Positions 56,397 to 64,000 of a DNA stretch of 64,000 nt are shown piece after piece (the first letter of the stretch is position 1; the number at the start of each line of letters is the position of its first letter). The notes beneath the pieces were generated by a model. That model was not told the DNA's origin. It saw only the letters and a program-made list of their open reading frames with translations, and did not search any database. The position numbers and the translations under genes were made by a program. Where the stretch lies: positions 937 to 64,936 of the forward strand of contig CAZXTR010000002.1 of assembly GCA_964643615.1 (NCBI GenBank), written 5' to 3'. This DNA comes from an uncultured Lactobacillales bacterium (GTDB taxonomy: Bacteria > Pseudomonadota > Alphaproteobacteria > CAAHEQ01 > UBA3637).

Positions 56397-57425
56397 TTAT
56401 TTTGATTTTTGTGCGGCTTCTTTTAAATTTTTTAACGCGCGGATGATCATTTCATCGATTGAATCTTTTTCGTCTTGTCTTGCCGAATGACCAAAAGATG
56501 TTGTAATAAAAGTATTCCCTTTTTCTATTTTTAAATTTTGTTCTTGAATTTTTAACCGTAATCGTTCTTCCAAAAATCTGATATTTTCTAATGGTGTTTC
56601 GGGAAGCAATAAAGCAAACTCAACATCGCCAATTCTGCCAAGGTAATCAGAATCTCTTAAGCAATCTTTACAAATTTGTACGGTTTTCTTTAATGCTTCG
56701 TCACCAAAGCTATAGCCGAATTCTTGCCCCAACAATCGAAAGTGATCTAATTTTAAAACGATTAGAGAAACCGATCTGTTGTAACGGTTTGATCGCTTGA
56801 TTTCCTTTGCGGCTATATCTAGAAAAGCTTGTCGGCTTAAAACACCTGTTAAAGGATCGATAGACGTTAAGTATTTTAATTTTTCTTCCAACTTTTTTCG
56901 TTTCGTAATGTCAAAACCAACCGATCGGACTTCGATTGGTTTGCTTTTATCATCATAGACGACACGATTCGTCCAAGAAATCCAAACGGACTCTTTCGAT
57001 TTTGTCAAATTTTGAGTTTCTATATCGACATAAAGTTGCGGATTAAGAAATATTTTTTCAACTATATCTTTTTGTTTTTGGATAAGAATTGTTTCAGAGG
57101 CTTTTTGCTTTAATAATTCGCCTTTATTATAACCAAAGAATTCCTCCGCGTATTCATTCGTATAAGTAATGATTCCTTTTTTATCAAAAGCGACGATAAT
57201 ACTTTTTGATGTTTCCGGTTTTTCAATTTCTGTGATGCTACTTTTTGCCTTTTTAAGGGTGTCTAATTCTTTTGCTTGTGCGGCAAAAGATTTGCTCGCC
57301 GTTTGTAAATTTTGGCAAATGCGGTTGTGTCTTATGTGCAATCGGATGTGTAGAAAAATCAAGAAGCAAGCTATGATTGCTAAAATTATCGTTATAGCCC
57401 ATGGATTTAAGTTAATGAATGACAT
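56397..57425 (-). CDS. PAS-GGDEF protein with a degenerate active site (GDVEF) and an intact I-site
   Basis: N-terminal TM helix and a PAS domain. The GGDEF domain has RIGDVEF in place of RxGG(D/E)EF. An RDSD RxxD motif lies 5 residues upstream. Confidence 0.75.
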   Translation of the reverse strand: MSFINLNPWAITIILAIIACFLIFLHIRLHIRHNRICQNLQTASKSFAAQAKELDTLKKAKSSITEIEKPETSKSIIVAFDKKGIITYTNEYAEEFFGYNKGELLKQKASETILIQKQKDIVEKIFLNPQLYVDIETQNLTKSKESVWISWTNRVVYDDKSKPIEVRSVGFDITKRKKLEEKLKYLTSIDPLTGVLSRQAFLDIAAKEIKRSNRYNRSVSLIVLKLDHFRLLGQEFGYSFGDEALKKTVQICKDCLRDSDYLGRIGDVEFALLLPETPLENIRFLEERLRLKIQEQNLKIEKGNTFITTSFGHSARQDEKDSIDEMIIRALKNLKEAAQKSK

Positions 57426-57562
57426 TTTTCTCCCTCTTTATTTTAAAATACATCTCCTTTTAGAGTAATAGATAAAAAAAATTTGTGCAACCAAAATTAG
57501 TAAAGATTGACATTTTTCCTTTTTTCATTCAGACTATAACAGTTTTTAAGTAAGGATTATTA

Positions 57563-59002
57563 ATGATAACAAAGGAAATAAAAGAATATACAAACCGTTC
57601 CTATCGGTATGGCTTTGAAACGGATGTAGTTGCGCATTTAGCTCCAAAGGGGTTGAATGAAGCAGTGATTCGCTTTATTTCTGAACAGAAACAAGAGCCA
57701 AAATGGTTGCTTGATTTTCGCTTAAAAGCATATCATCATTGGTTGACTTTGAAAGAACCTCATTGGGGAAAAATAACTTATCCCCCGATTGATTATCAAG
57801 ATTTTTTTTATTATGCCGATCCTTTAGATCAGAAAAAAATAAATCGGTTGGAAGATGTTGATCCCGAAGTGTTGAAAACATATGAAAAATTGGGAATTCC
57901 ATTAAAAGAACAAGAGGCTTTGGCAGGTGTTGTTGCTGTTGATGCTGTATTTGATAGCGTTTCTGTAGCAACAACATATCGGGCTAAATTGGCCGATAAG
58001 GGTATCTTATTTTGTTCTTTTTCAGAAGCTGTTCGAAATTATCCTGATTTAGTGCAAAAATATTTAGGAAGTGTTGTTCCGTATACGGATAATTTTTTTG
58101 CGTGTTTAAATAGTGCTGTGTTTTCGGACGGGTCTTTTGTTTTTATTCCCAAATGTGTTAAAAGTCCTATGGAATTGTCTAGTTACTTTCGTATTAATGC
58201 TAAAAATGCAGGACAGTTTGAGCGTACATTGATTGTTGCGGAAGAAGATTCTTTTGTCAGTTATTTAGAAGGTTGCACTGCTCCACAACGAGATGAAAAT
58301 CAATTACATGCAGCTGTTGTTGAAATTGTTGTTTTGGATAGAGCCGAAGTAAAATATTCTACAGTTCAAAATTGGTATCCTGGAGATAAAGAAGGTAAAG
58401 GTGGAATTTATAACTTTGTGACAAAGCGTGGTATTTGTTATGAAAAAGCAAAACTTTCATGGACGCAAGTTGAAACGGGTTCAGCGATTACTTGGAAATA
58501 TCCTTCTTGTGTTTTGGTTGGAGATGATTCGGTTGGTTCTTTTTATTCTGTGGCGTTAACGAACAATTATCAACAAGCTGACACTGGCACAAAGATGATT
58601 CATGTGGGTAAAAATACAACGTCCACAATTATTTCGAAGGGCATTTCTGCAGGACATTCAAACCAAACGTATCGAGGATTTGTAAAAATGAGTAAAAATG
58701 CTTTCAATGCGCGAAATTTTTCTAAATGTGATAGTTTGCTTATAGGGGGATTTTGTGGTGCTCATACTGTGCCCGTGATGGAAAGTCAGAACCTTTCGTC
58801 GCGGATAGAGCATGAAGCAACAACATCAAAAATTAGTGAAGAACAGCTTTTTTATTGCCAGCAAAGGGGATTAAATCTGGAAGAGGCTGTATCTTTAATT
58901 GTGAACGGATTTTGCCGGGAGGTTATGCAGCACTTGCCAATGGAATTTGCTATTGAAGCTGGCCGTTTGATTGGTATTAATTTGGAAGGAAGTGTCGGAT
59001 AA
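57563..59002 (+). CDS. sufB: Fe-S cluster assembly scaffold SufB
   Basis: Full-length SufB (479 aa). Confidence 0.95.
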   Translation: MITKEIKEYTNRSYRYGFETDVVAHLAPKGLNEAVIRFISEQKQEPKWLLDFRLKAYHHWLTLKEPHWGKITYPPIDYQDFFYYADPLDQKKINRLEDVDPEVLKTYEKLGIPLKEQEALAGVVAVDAVFDSVSVATTYRAKLADKGILFCSFSEAVRNYPDLVQKYLGSVVPYTDNFFACLNSAVFSDGSFVFIPKCVKSPMELSSYFRINAKNAGQFERTLIVAEEDSFVSYLEGCTAPQRDENQLHAAVVEIVVLDRAEVKYSTVQNWYPGDKEGKGGIYNFVTKRGICYEKAKLSWTQVETGSAITWKYPSCVLVGDDSVGSFYSVALTNNYQQADTGTKMIHVGKNTTSTIISKGISAGHSNQTYRGFVKMSKNAFNARNFSKCDSLLIGGFCGAHTVPVMESQNLSSRIEHEATTSKISEEQLFYCQQRGLNLEEAVSLIVNGFCREVMQHLPMEFAIEAGRLIGINLEGSVG

Positions 59003-59268
59003 TGAAGTGGACAATAGAAAAAGAAGAAAGGAAAATTCTTCAATGAGCAATTGATACTTGGGGTGCAAAGGCGCAATTATTGGTAGTTTTAGAAGAAATA
59101 TCTGAACTGTAAAAAGAAATTTTGAAAAATATAAATTGAGGCAAAGAAAATCTGGATGATATTGTGGGTGAAGTGGTGGATGTTGAAATTATGTTGGCTC
59201 AATTAAAAATGATTTACAATATTGAACGAGATGTTGAAAAAATGGGGCAAGAGCGTTGGCAAAAATAA
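59002..59268 (+). pseudogene. MazG-like nucleotide pyrophosphohydrolase pseudogene, with three in-frame stops
   Basis: Single-frame translation [85 protein letters not shown]. This matches the MazG EE.gEL / eElgDv..l..la signatures but is interrupted by TGA, TAA and TGA. Confidence 0.5.
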
Positions 59269-59289
59269 CGCGTTTGTTGGAGGAATAAA

Positions 59290-60033
59290 ATGGCTTTAAT
59301 AGAAATTAAAAATTTATATGCATCTGTGAATGGGAAAGAAATCATTAAAGGATTGTCCTTATCTATTGAAAAAGGAACTGTCCACGCAATTATGGGGCCG
59401 AATGGTTCTGGGAAGAGCACGCTTTCAAACGTGATTGCGGGAAATCCGACGTATGTTGTGACGCATGGAAAAATCTTATTTAAAGGTAAAGATTTGTTAC
59501 AATTAAGGCCTGATGAACGGGCAAATGAGGGGATTTTTTTAGGGTTCCAAAATCCTGTTGAAATCCCTGGTGTTTCCTATGCCTCTTTTTTAAAGCAAGC
59601 ATTGATTTCAAAAAAACATTACTTAAAAGAAGAGCCGTTAGATGCTGTCGCATTTATCAAAAGATTAAAAGTACGGGCTCAGGCTTTGGGCGTTACTGAT
59701 GAAATGTTAAAAAGACCTGTGAATGTTGGCTTTTCAGGTGGAGAAAGAAAGCGTCTTGAAACATTGCAAATGGGGTTTTTAGAACCTGAATTTTGTATTT
59801 TAGATGAAATGGATTCAGGGCTTGATATTGATGCTTTGCGTGTTGTTGGAGAAGGTATGTCTGTTATGCGTGAGGCTCATCGTTCTTTTTTATTGATTAC
59901 ACACCATCAACGGTTGTTGGATTATATTGTGCCAGATGTGATTCATGTTATGATGGACGGATGTATTGTTGAAAGTGGAGATAAAAAATTGGCTTTGAAA
60001 TTGGAAGAAACAGGTTATGCCAGTTATAAATAA
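59290..60033 (+). CDS. sufC: Fe-S cluster assembly ATPase SufC
   Basis: Walker A GPNGSGKST, ABC signature and Walker B. Confidence 0.95.
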   Translation: MALIEIKNLYASVNGKEIIKGLSLSIEKGTVHAIMGPNGSGKSTLSNVIAGNPTYVVTHGKILFKGKDLLQLRPDERANEGIFLGFQNPVEIPGVSYASFLKQALISKKHYLKEEPLDAVAFIKRLKVRAQALGVTDEMLKRPVNVGFSGGERKRLETLQMGFLEPEFCILDEMDSGLDIDALRVVGEGMSVMREAHRSFLLITHHQRLLDYIVPDVIHVMMDGCIVESGDKKLALKLEETGYASYK

Positions 60034-60634
60034 ACATTTAGAGGCGGGACAAATTTTATATGACTCTTTTCAAAAAGAAGAGGCTGTTTTAAATATCTAT
60101 GTTCCTCAAAATGCAATGTATGAAGCCTCTTTTTTATTAGAGGGTCAACGTGTTGATGTGAATGTTTATTTGCAAGGCAAAGGAGCAAGTTGCAATTTGA
60201 AAGCAACTTATCTATCTTCAACAAAACAAGATAACAATCTTGTGTGGCACGTTTATCACGAATGTGGGTTAACGCAATCTAGACAACAAGTAAAAGGTGT
60301 TTTGGTGGGCAAAGGTAGAGCAAATTATCAAGGAGCAGTTCATATTCCTTCGGGGTGCCGAAAGTGTGACGGAGACCAAAATCATCGGGCTATTTTATTG
60401 TCTGATGATGCCGGTGTGTCTTGCACACCTGAGTTGGAAATTTATGCTGATGATGTTAAGTGTTCCCACGGTTCTGCGATGGGGAGTGTTGATGAAAATC
60501 AATTGTTTTATTTGCTAGCTAGAGGTATTTGTCAAAAGGAGGCTACGCGTATTATTGTACAAGGATTCCTTTCCAAAGATATGCCTAAAAATTTTGTTCG
60601 TGCGATAAATGAATGGATGGTCGCTTATGTATAA
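60017..60634 (+). CDS. sufD: SufD-like Fe-S assembly protein. It is short, carrying only the core beta-helix/C-terminal domain.
   Basis: SufB/SufD family C-terminal core between sufC and sufS. It overlaps the sufC stop. Confidence 0.75.
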   Translation: MPVINKHLEAGQILYDSFQKEEAVLNIYVPQNAMYEASFLLEGQRVDVNVYLQGKGASCNLKATYLSSTKQDNNLVWHVYHECGLTQSRQQVKGVLVGKGRANYQGAVHIPSGCRKCDGDQNHRAILLSDDAGVSCTPELEIYADDVKCSHGSAMGSVDENQLFYLLARGICQKEATRIIVQGFLSKDMPKNFVRAINEWMVAYV

Positions 60635-61820
60635 AAAAGATTTTCCGATTTTTAAAGTTCCTGTTTATGGTCGTTCTTTGGTTTTTTTGGATACGGCGGC
60701 TTCCTCTCAAAAGCCAGAAAAGGTTTTGAATGCGATGTATGAAATGGCTTCTAAAAAATATGCAAATATTCACCGAGGCGTTTATTTTTTGTCTGAACAG
60801 GCAACAAGTGAATTTGAAAAAGCTAGAGAAATTGTAGCTGATTTTGTTCACGCTTCAACGAAAGACATTATCTTTACTAGAGGAGCGACAGATTCTATTA
60901 ATCTTGTTGCTGGAACGTATGGTCGCACTTTATGTGAGGGGGATGAAATCGTCTTATCTGTTGCCGAGCATCATTCAAACCTTGTTCCTTGGCAATTGTT
61001 GCAAAAAGAGAAGGGTATTGTCTTAAAGTTTGTTGATGTTACAGATGATGGTTTATTTGATTTGGATGCCTATCAGAAAAGTTTGACTGATAAAACAAAA
61101 TTAGTTGCGATGACGCATGTGTCAAACGTTTTAGGCACAATTTTTCCTGTCGATGAAGTTTGTCGATTAGGACATGCTATGGGTGCAAAGGTATTGATTG
61201 ATGGGTGTCAGGGGATTGCGCATGAAGAGGTCGATGTTAAAAAAATAGATTGTGATTTTTATGCTTTTTCTGGGCATAAAATCTATGGGCCAACTGGTAT
61301 TGGTGTTTTATATGCACGCCATGATATTATGCAAGAACTACCTCCATTACAAGGTGGAGGTGATATGGTGAAAACAGTCACATTGAAGAAAAGTGTTTAT
61401 GCGGACACTCCAGCGAGATTTGAAGCGGGAACCCCTGCGATTGTTGAAGCAATTGGGTTGGGGATTGCTTTGCAATATGTGACATTTGTTGGTATAGATA
61501 GAATTAAAGAGCATGAAAAATATTTGATGCAATTATTAATGCCCGAATTACTTGATATGAAGGGTGTTGATCTTTTGGGGACAAAAGATAAAGTGGGACT
61601 TGTTTCGTTTAATATGCAAGGAGCTCATTCCCAGGATGTTGCTTTATTGTTAGATCAACAAGCTATCGCTGTTCGTACGGGCCATCATTGTGCGATGCCC
61701 ATCCATAAGCGGTTTGGTGTGACGGGTAGTATTCGTGTATCTCTAGGATTGTACAATGATGAACAAGATATTCAATCTTTTATTCAAGGGTTATACAAAG
61801 CAAGGGAGTTATTACTTTAA
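60609..61820 (+). CDS. sufS: Cysteine desulfurase SufS
   Basis: Class V aminotransferase with the PLP Lys motif (SGHKIYGPTGIGVLY) and an active-site Cys near the C-terminus. Confidence 0.93.
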   Translation: MNGWSLMYKKDFPIFKVPVYGRSLVFLDTAASSQKPEKVLNAMYEMASKKYANIHRGVYFLSEQATSEFEKAREIVADFVHASTKDIIFTRGATDSINLVAGTYGRTLCEGDEIVLSVAEHHSNLVPWQLLQKEKGIVLKFVDVTDDGLFDLDAYQKSLTDKTKLVAMTHVSNVLGTIFPVDEVCRLGHAMGAKVLIDGCQGIAHEEVDVKKIDCDFYAFSGHKIYGPTGIGVLYARHDIMQELPPLQGGGDMVKTVTLKKSVYADTPARFEAGTPAIVEAIGLGIALQYVTFVGIDRIKEHEKYLMQLLMPELLDMKGVDLLGTKDKVGLVSFNMQGAHSQDVALLLDQQAIAVRTGHHCAMPIHKRFGVTGSIRVSLGLYNDEQDIQSFIQGLYKARELLL

Positions 61821-62180
61821 ATGGAAGAGATAATTGATTTTCATGCAACGGCTGGGGCTCCTTTGAAAGATGAAAGTATCGTTGCAGATGAGCCTTCGGT
61901 GATAGACGCTATTAAAACCGTACAAGATCCAGAAATAATGTTGGATGTGTATAGTTTGGGATTGATTTATAAAATTGACATTCACAAAAACGGAAACGTT
62001 TTCATTGATATGACATTAACTTCGCCTTCGTGTCCGTTAGCTGGAGAAATGCCGCAAATGGTTGCTAATGCAGTCGCTTTAGTTATAGGTGTAGGTGTTG
62101 TAGATGTTCGCCTTGTTTGGGAGCCTTTGTGGACGCTTGACTGTATGAGCGATGAAATAAAACTAGCACTTGGAATATAA
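61821..62180 (+). CDS. sufT: SUF-system Fe-S assembly protein (DUF59 / SufT-like)
   Basis: DUF59 motif (VYSLGLIY...TLTSPSCP). It follows sufS. Confidence 0.8.
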   Translation: MEEIIDFHATAGAPLKDESIVADEPSVIDAIKTVQDPEIMLDVYSLGLIYKIDIHKNGNVFIDMTLTSPSCPLAGEMPQMVANAVALVIGVGVVDVRLVWEPLWTLDCMSDEIKLALGI

Positions 62181-62184
62181 TTAT

Positions 62185-63099
62185 TTATTCAATGCGGTTG
62201 AGCAACGCTCTTGCAAAAGCGATGTGTTCGTCTTTATCTTTAGACAGAACGAATAAAGACAAAAGCAGAGCGTGTTCGTAAAGAGGCAAAGTTCCTGTAT
62301 CCATATAGAGCGCATCATCATCATTTAAAAACATTTTTAATTCGTGCGGATGCATTTTTTCATGTTCGTCCAAAAAGGCATTGATGCCGTCTGTATAAAC
62401 CCATTCGCCTCCAGACATGGGTGAATCGTATTTCCCCTTTTCTAATGCCGAAACTTTATCGGACATGTAATCCAACACTATTTTAGGAATGATAATTGGC
62501 GAAAATCCGCCAATATGGTTTGTGGGGGTTTTTGGTTTTTCGATTAAACGACCATTATCAACTATTGAGTTATTGCTGACGTCTTCTCGATATAAACCCA
62601 TTAATAAAATTTGCTTTTCGTTTTTTAAAAAAGCGTCAACGATTTTCTTTAAGTGAGAATTCATTGGATCTTTATTTAGGTAAATATCATCGGGGAAAAT
62701 CATGCAACCATGTCTATTTTTTGATGTTTTGTGTGCTAGCCCCAGTACATGAGCTGTTCCCAAAGGTTTACTTTGAATGACATATTGAATATGTGCATCA
62801 TTAGGGATAACTGTTAATTTCAAAGCGTCGGCAATTGATTTTAATCCTTTTGCCCGTAATTTTTCTTCAATCTCAGGAGATGGGTCTAATACTTCTTTGA
62901 AAGAATCAATCGTTGATTGGTTCGAACAAACGATTGTGATATTTCTGCCCCCGATATCAAAGATTTGCTTTAAAATATAGTCAATTAAGTGCATGGAGCC
63001 AAAAGGCAAAAGGGATTTATGTGGTAATCCTTTTGAATGGGGATAGTTGCGCGTACTTTTCCCCGCGCAGGGGATAATGAACTCGATATGGTCTAACAT
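62185..63099 (-). CDS. galU: Sugar-phosphate nucleotidyltransferase, likely UTP-glucose-1-phosphate uridylyltransferase (GalU-like)
   Basis: N-terminal IIPCAGKSTR...P..KGLPHKSLLP nucleotide-binding motif of the NTP_transferase family. Confidence 0.65.
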   Translation of the reverse strand: MLDHIEFIIPCAGKSTRNYPHSKGLPHKSLLPFGSMHLIDYILKQIFDIGGRNITIVCSNQSTIDSFKEVLDPSPEIEEKLRAKGLKSIADALKLTVIPNDAHIQYVIQSKPLGTAHVLGLAHKTSKNRHGCMIFPDDIYLNKDPMNSHLKKIVDAFLKNEKQILLMGLYREDVSNNSIVDNGRLIEKPKTPTNHIGGFSPIIIPKIVLDYMSDKVSALEKGKYDSPMSGGEWVYTDGINAFLDEHEKMHPHELKMFLNDDDALYMDTGTLPLYEHALLLSLFVLSKDKDEHIAFARALLNRIE

Positions 63100-63201
63100 A
63101 ATTTTCTCCCTTGAATTTCTTCTATAAGCGTTATCGTAAAGAATTTTTTTAAAAAAATCTAGCCTTCTTTCGAAAATATTTTACTTTTCGTTACTATCCC
63201 A

Positions 63202-63231
63202 CTTGACGAAATCAGAAAGCCGTACTATTTG
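63202..63231 (+). promoter_or_regulatory. Putative RpoH-type heat-shock promoter upstream of groES (CTTG-N19-CTATTT). No CIRCE element is present.
   Basis: CTTGACG...CTATTTG lies about 60 nt upstream of groES. No TTAGCACTC-N9-GAGTGCTAA inverted repeat was found. Confidence 0.3.
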
Positions 63232-63292
63232 ATAGATACAGCCTTTGGAATATAAGGCGTGTGTTTTAATTATGTAATGAAAGGGTAGTAAA

Positions 63293-63583
63293 ATGAAATT
63301 TAAACCATTACTTGACCGGGTTGTGATTCAAAGAGTTGAAGATGAAAATAAAACAGCCGGTGGGATTATTATTCCAGATACAGCAAAGGAAAAGCCATCT
63401 CAAGGTATCGTTGTTGCTGTAGGACCTGGAGGTCGTGATGAAGATGGAAAAGTTGTTCAAATGACTTTAAAAGCTGGTGATCGTGTTTTGTTCGGCAAAT
63501 GGTCTGGAACGGAAATTAAAGTTGATGGCGAACAATTGTTAATTATGCGAGAAACTGATGTTTTAGGTGTGTTAGAAAATTAA
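63293..63583 (+). CDS. groES: Co-chaperonin GroES
   Basis: [16 protein letters not shown]... and 96 aa. Confidence 0.96.
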   Translation: MKFKPLLDRVVIQRVEDENKTAGGIIIPDTAKEKPSQGIVVAVGPGGRDEDGKVVQMTLKAGDRVLFGKWSGTEIKVDGEQLLIMRETDVLGVLEN

Positions 63584-63588
63584 TATAA

Positions 63589-64000
<412 letters not shown>

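Noticed and set aside
59002-59268. Possibility that the TGA codons in the sufB-sufC spacer are read as Trp (making an intact mazG)
   Set aside because: Numerous genes in the window (ksgA and nrdD, for example) terminate with TGA, and one of the three interruptions is TAA. Recoding is unlikely and a pseudogene is more parsimonious.

Overview
This AT-rich window looks like a chromosomal segment from an alphaproteobacterium, probably a Rickettsiales- or Holosporales-like intracellular symbiont. Support for that: the lptD-surA-ksgA gene order, alpha-type dnaK/dnaJ and groESL, and a duplicated VirB8 around a VirB7-like lipoprotein, as in Rickettsiales rvh type IV secretion loci.

Most of the window is housekeeping. 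It carries LptD (5' partial), SurA, RsmA, YggT, a DUF167 protein, FolD, AmpG, FtsB, two GGDEF proteins, DnaK/DnaJ, a DsbA-like protein, FadL, YajC-SecD-SecF, a hybrid histidine kinase, NrdD/NrdG, RppH, YibQ, Ctp, an M23 peptidase, GpmI, a prepilin peptidase, a RodZ-like protein, PrfA/PrmC, a flavodiiron protein, a DHFR-like protein, tRNA-Phe, Pyk, an aldose epimerase, SufB-C-D-S-T, a GalU-like protein and GroES/GroEL (3' partial).

The standout region is roughly 4.4-24.3 kb, a same-strand, tightly coupled gene array.
- A near-consensus sigma70 promoter sits at its head.
- Five translationally coupled secreted proteins of unknown function follow.
- Next come VirB8-like, a VirB7-like lipoprotein, VirB8, VirB9 (about twice normal length, with a low-complexity insert and a SPOR-like C-terminus), a 2247-aa VirB10 and VirB11. 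The VirB10 resembles Helicobacter CagY in carrying about 1500 aa of roughly 20-residue Gly/Val-rich repeats plus a recent internal tandem duplication.
- No VirD4 follows VirB11.
- In its place is a 1125-aa cysteine-rich protein with a prepilin-like N-terminus, ephrin-receptor/TNFR-like Cys repeats and three C-type-lectin-like modules. It looks like a surface adhesin or effector.

Other points of interest: an apparently frameshifted or split nrdD glycyl-radical tail, a MazG-like pseudogene inside the suf operon, a degenerate GGDEF protein, and an anaerobic toolkit (class III RNR and a flavodiiron protein) in an otherwise symbiont-like genome.
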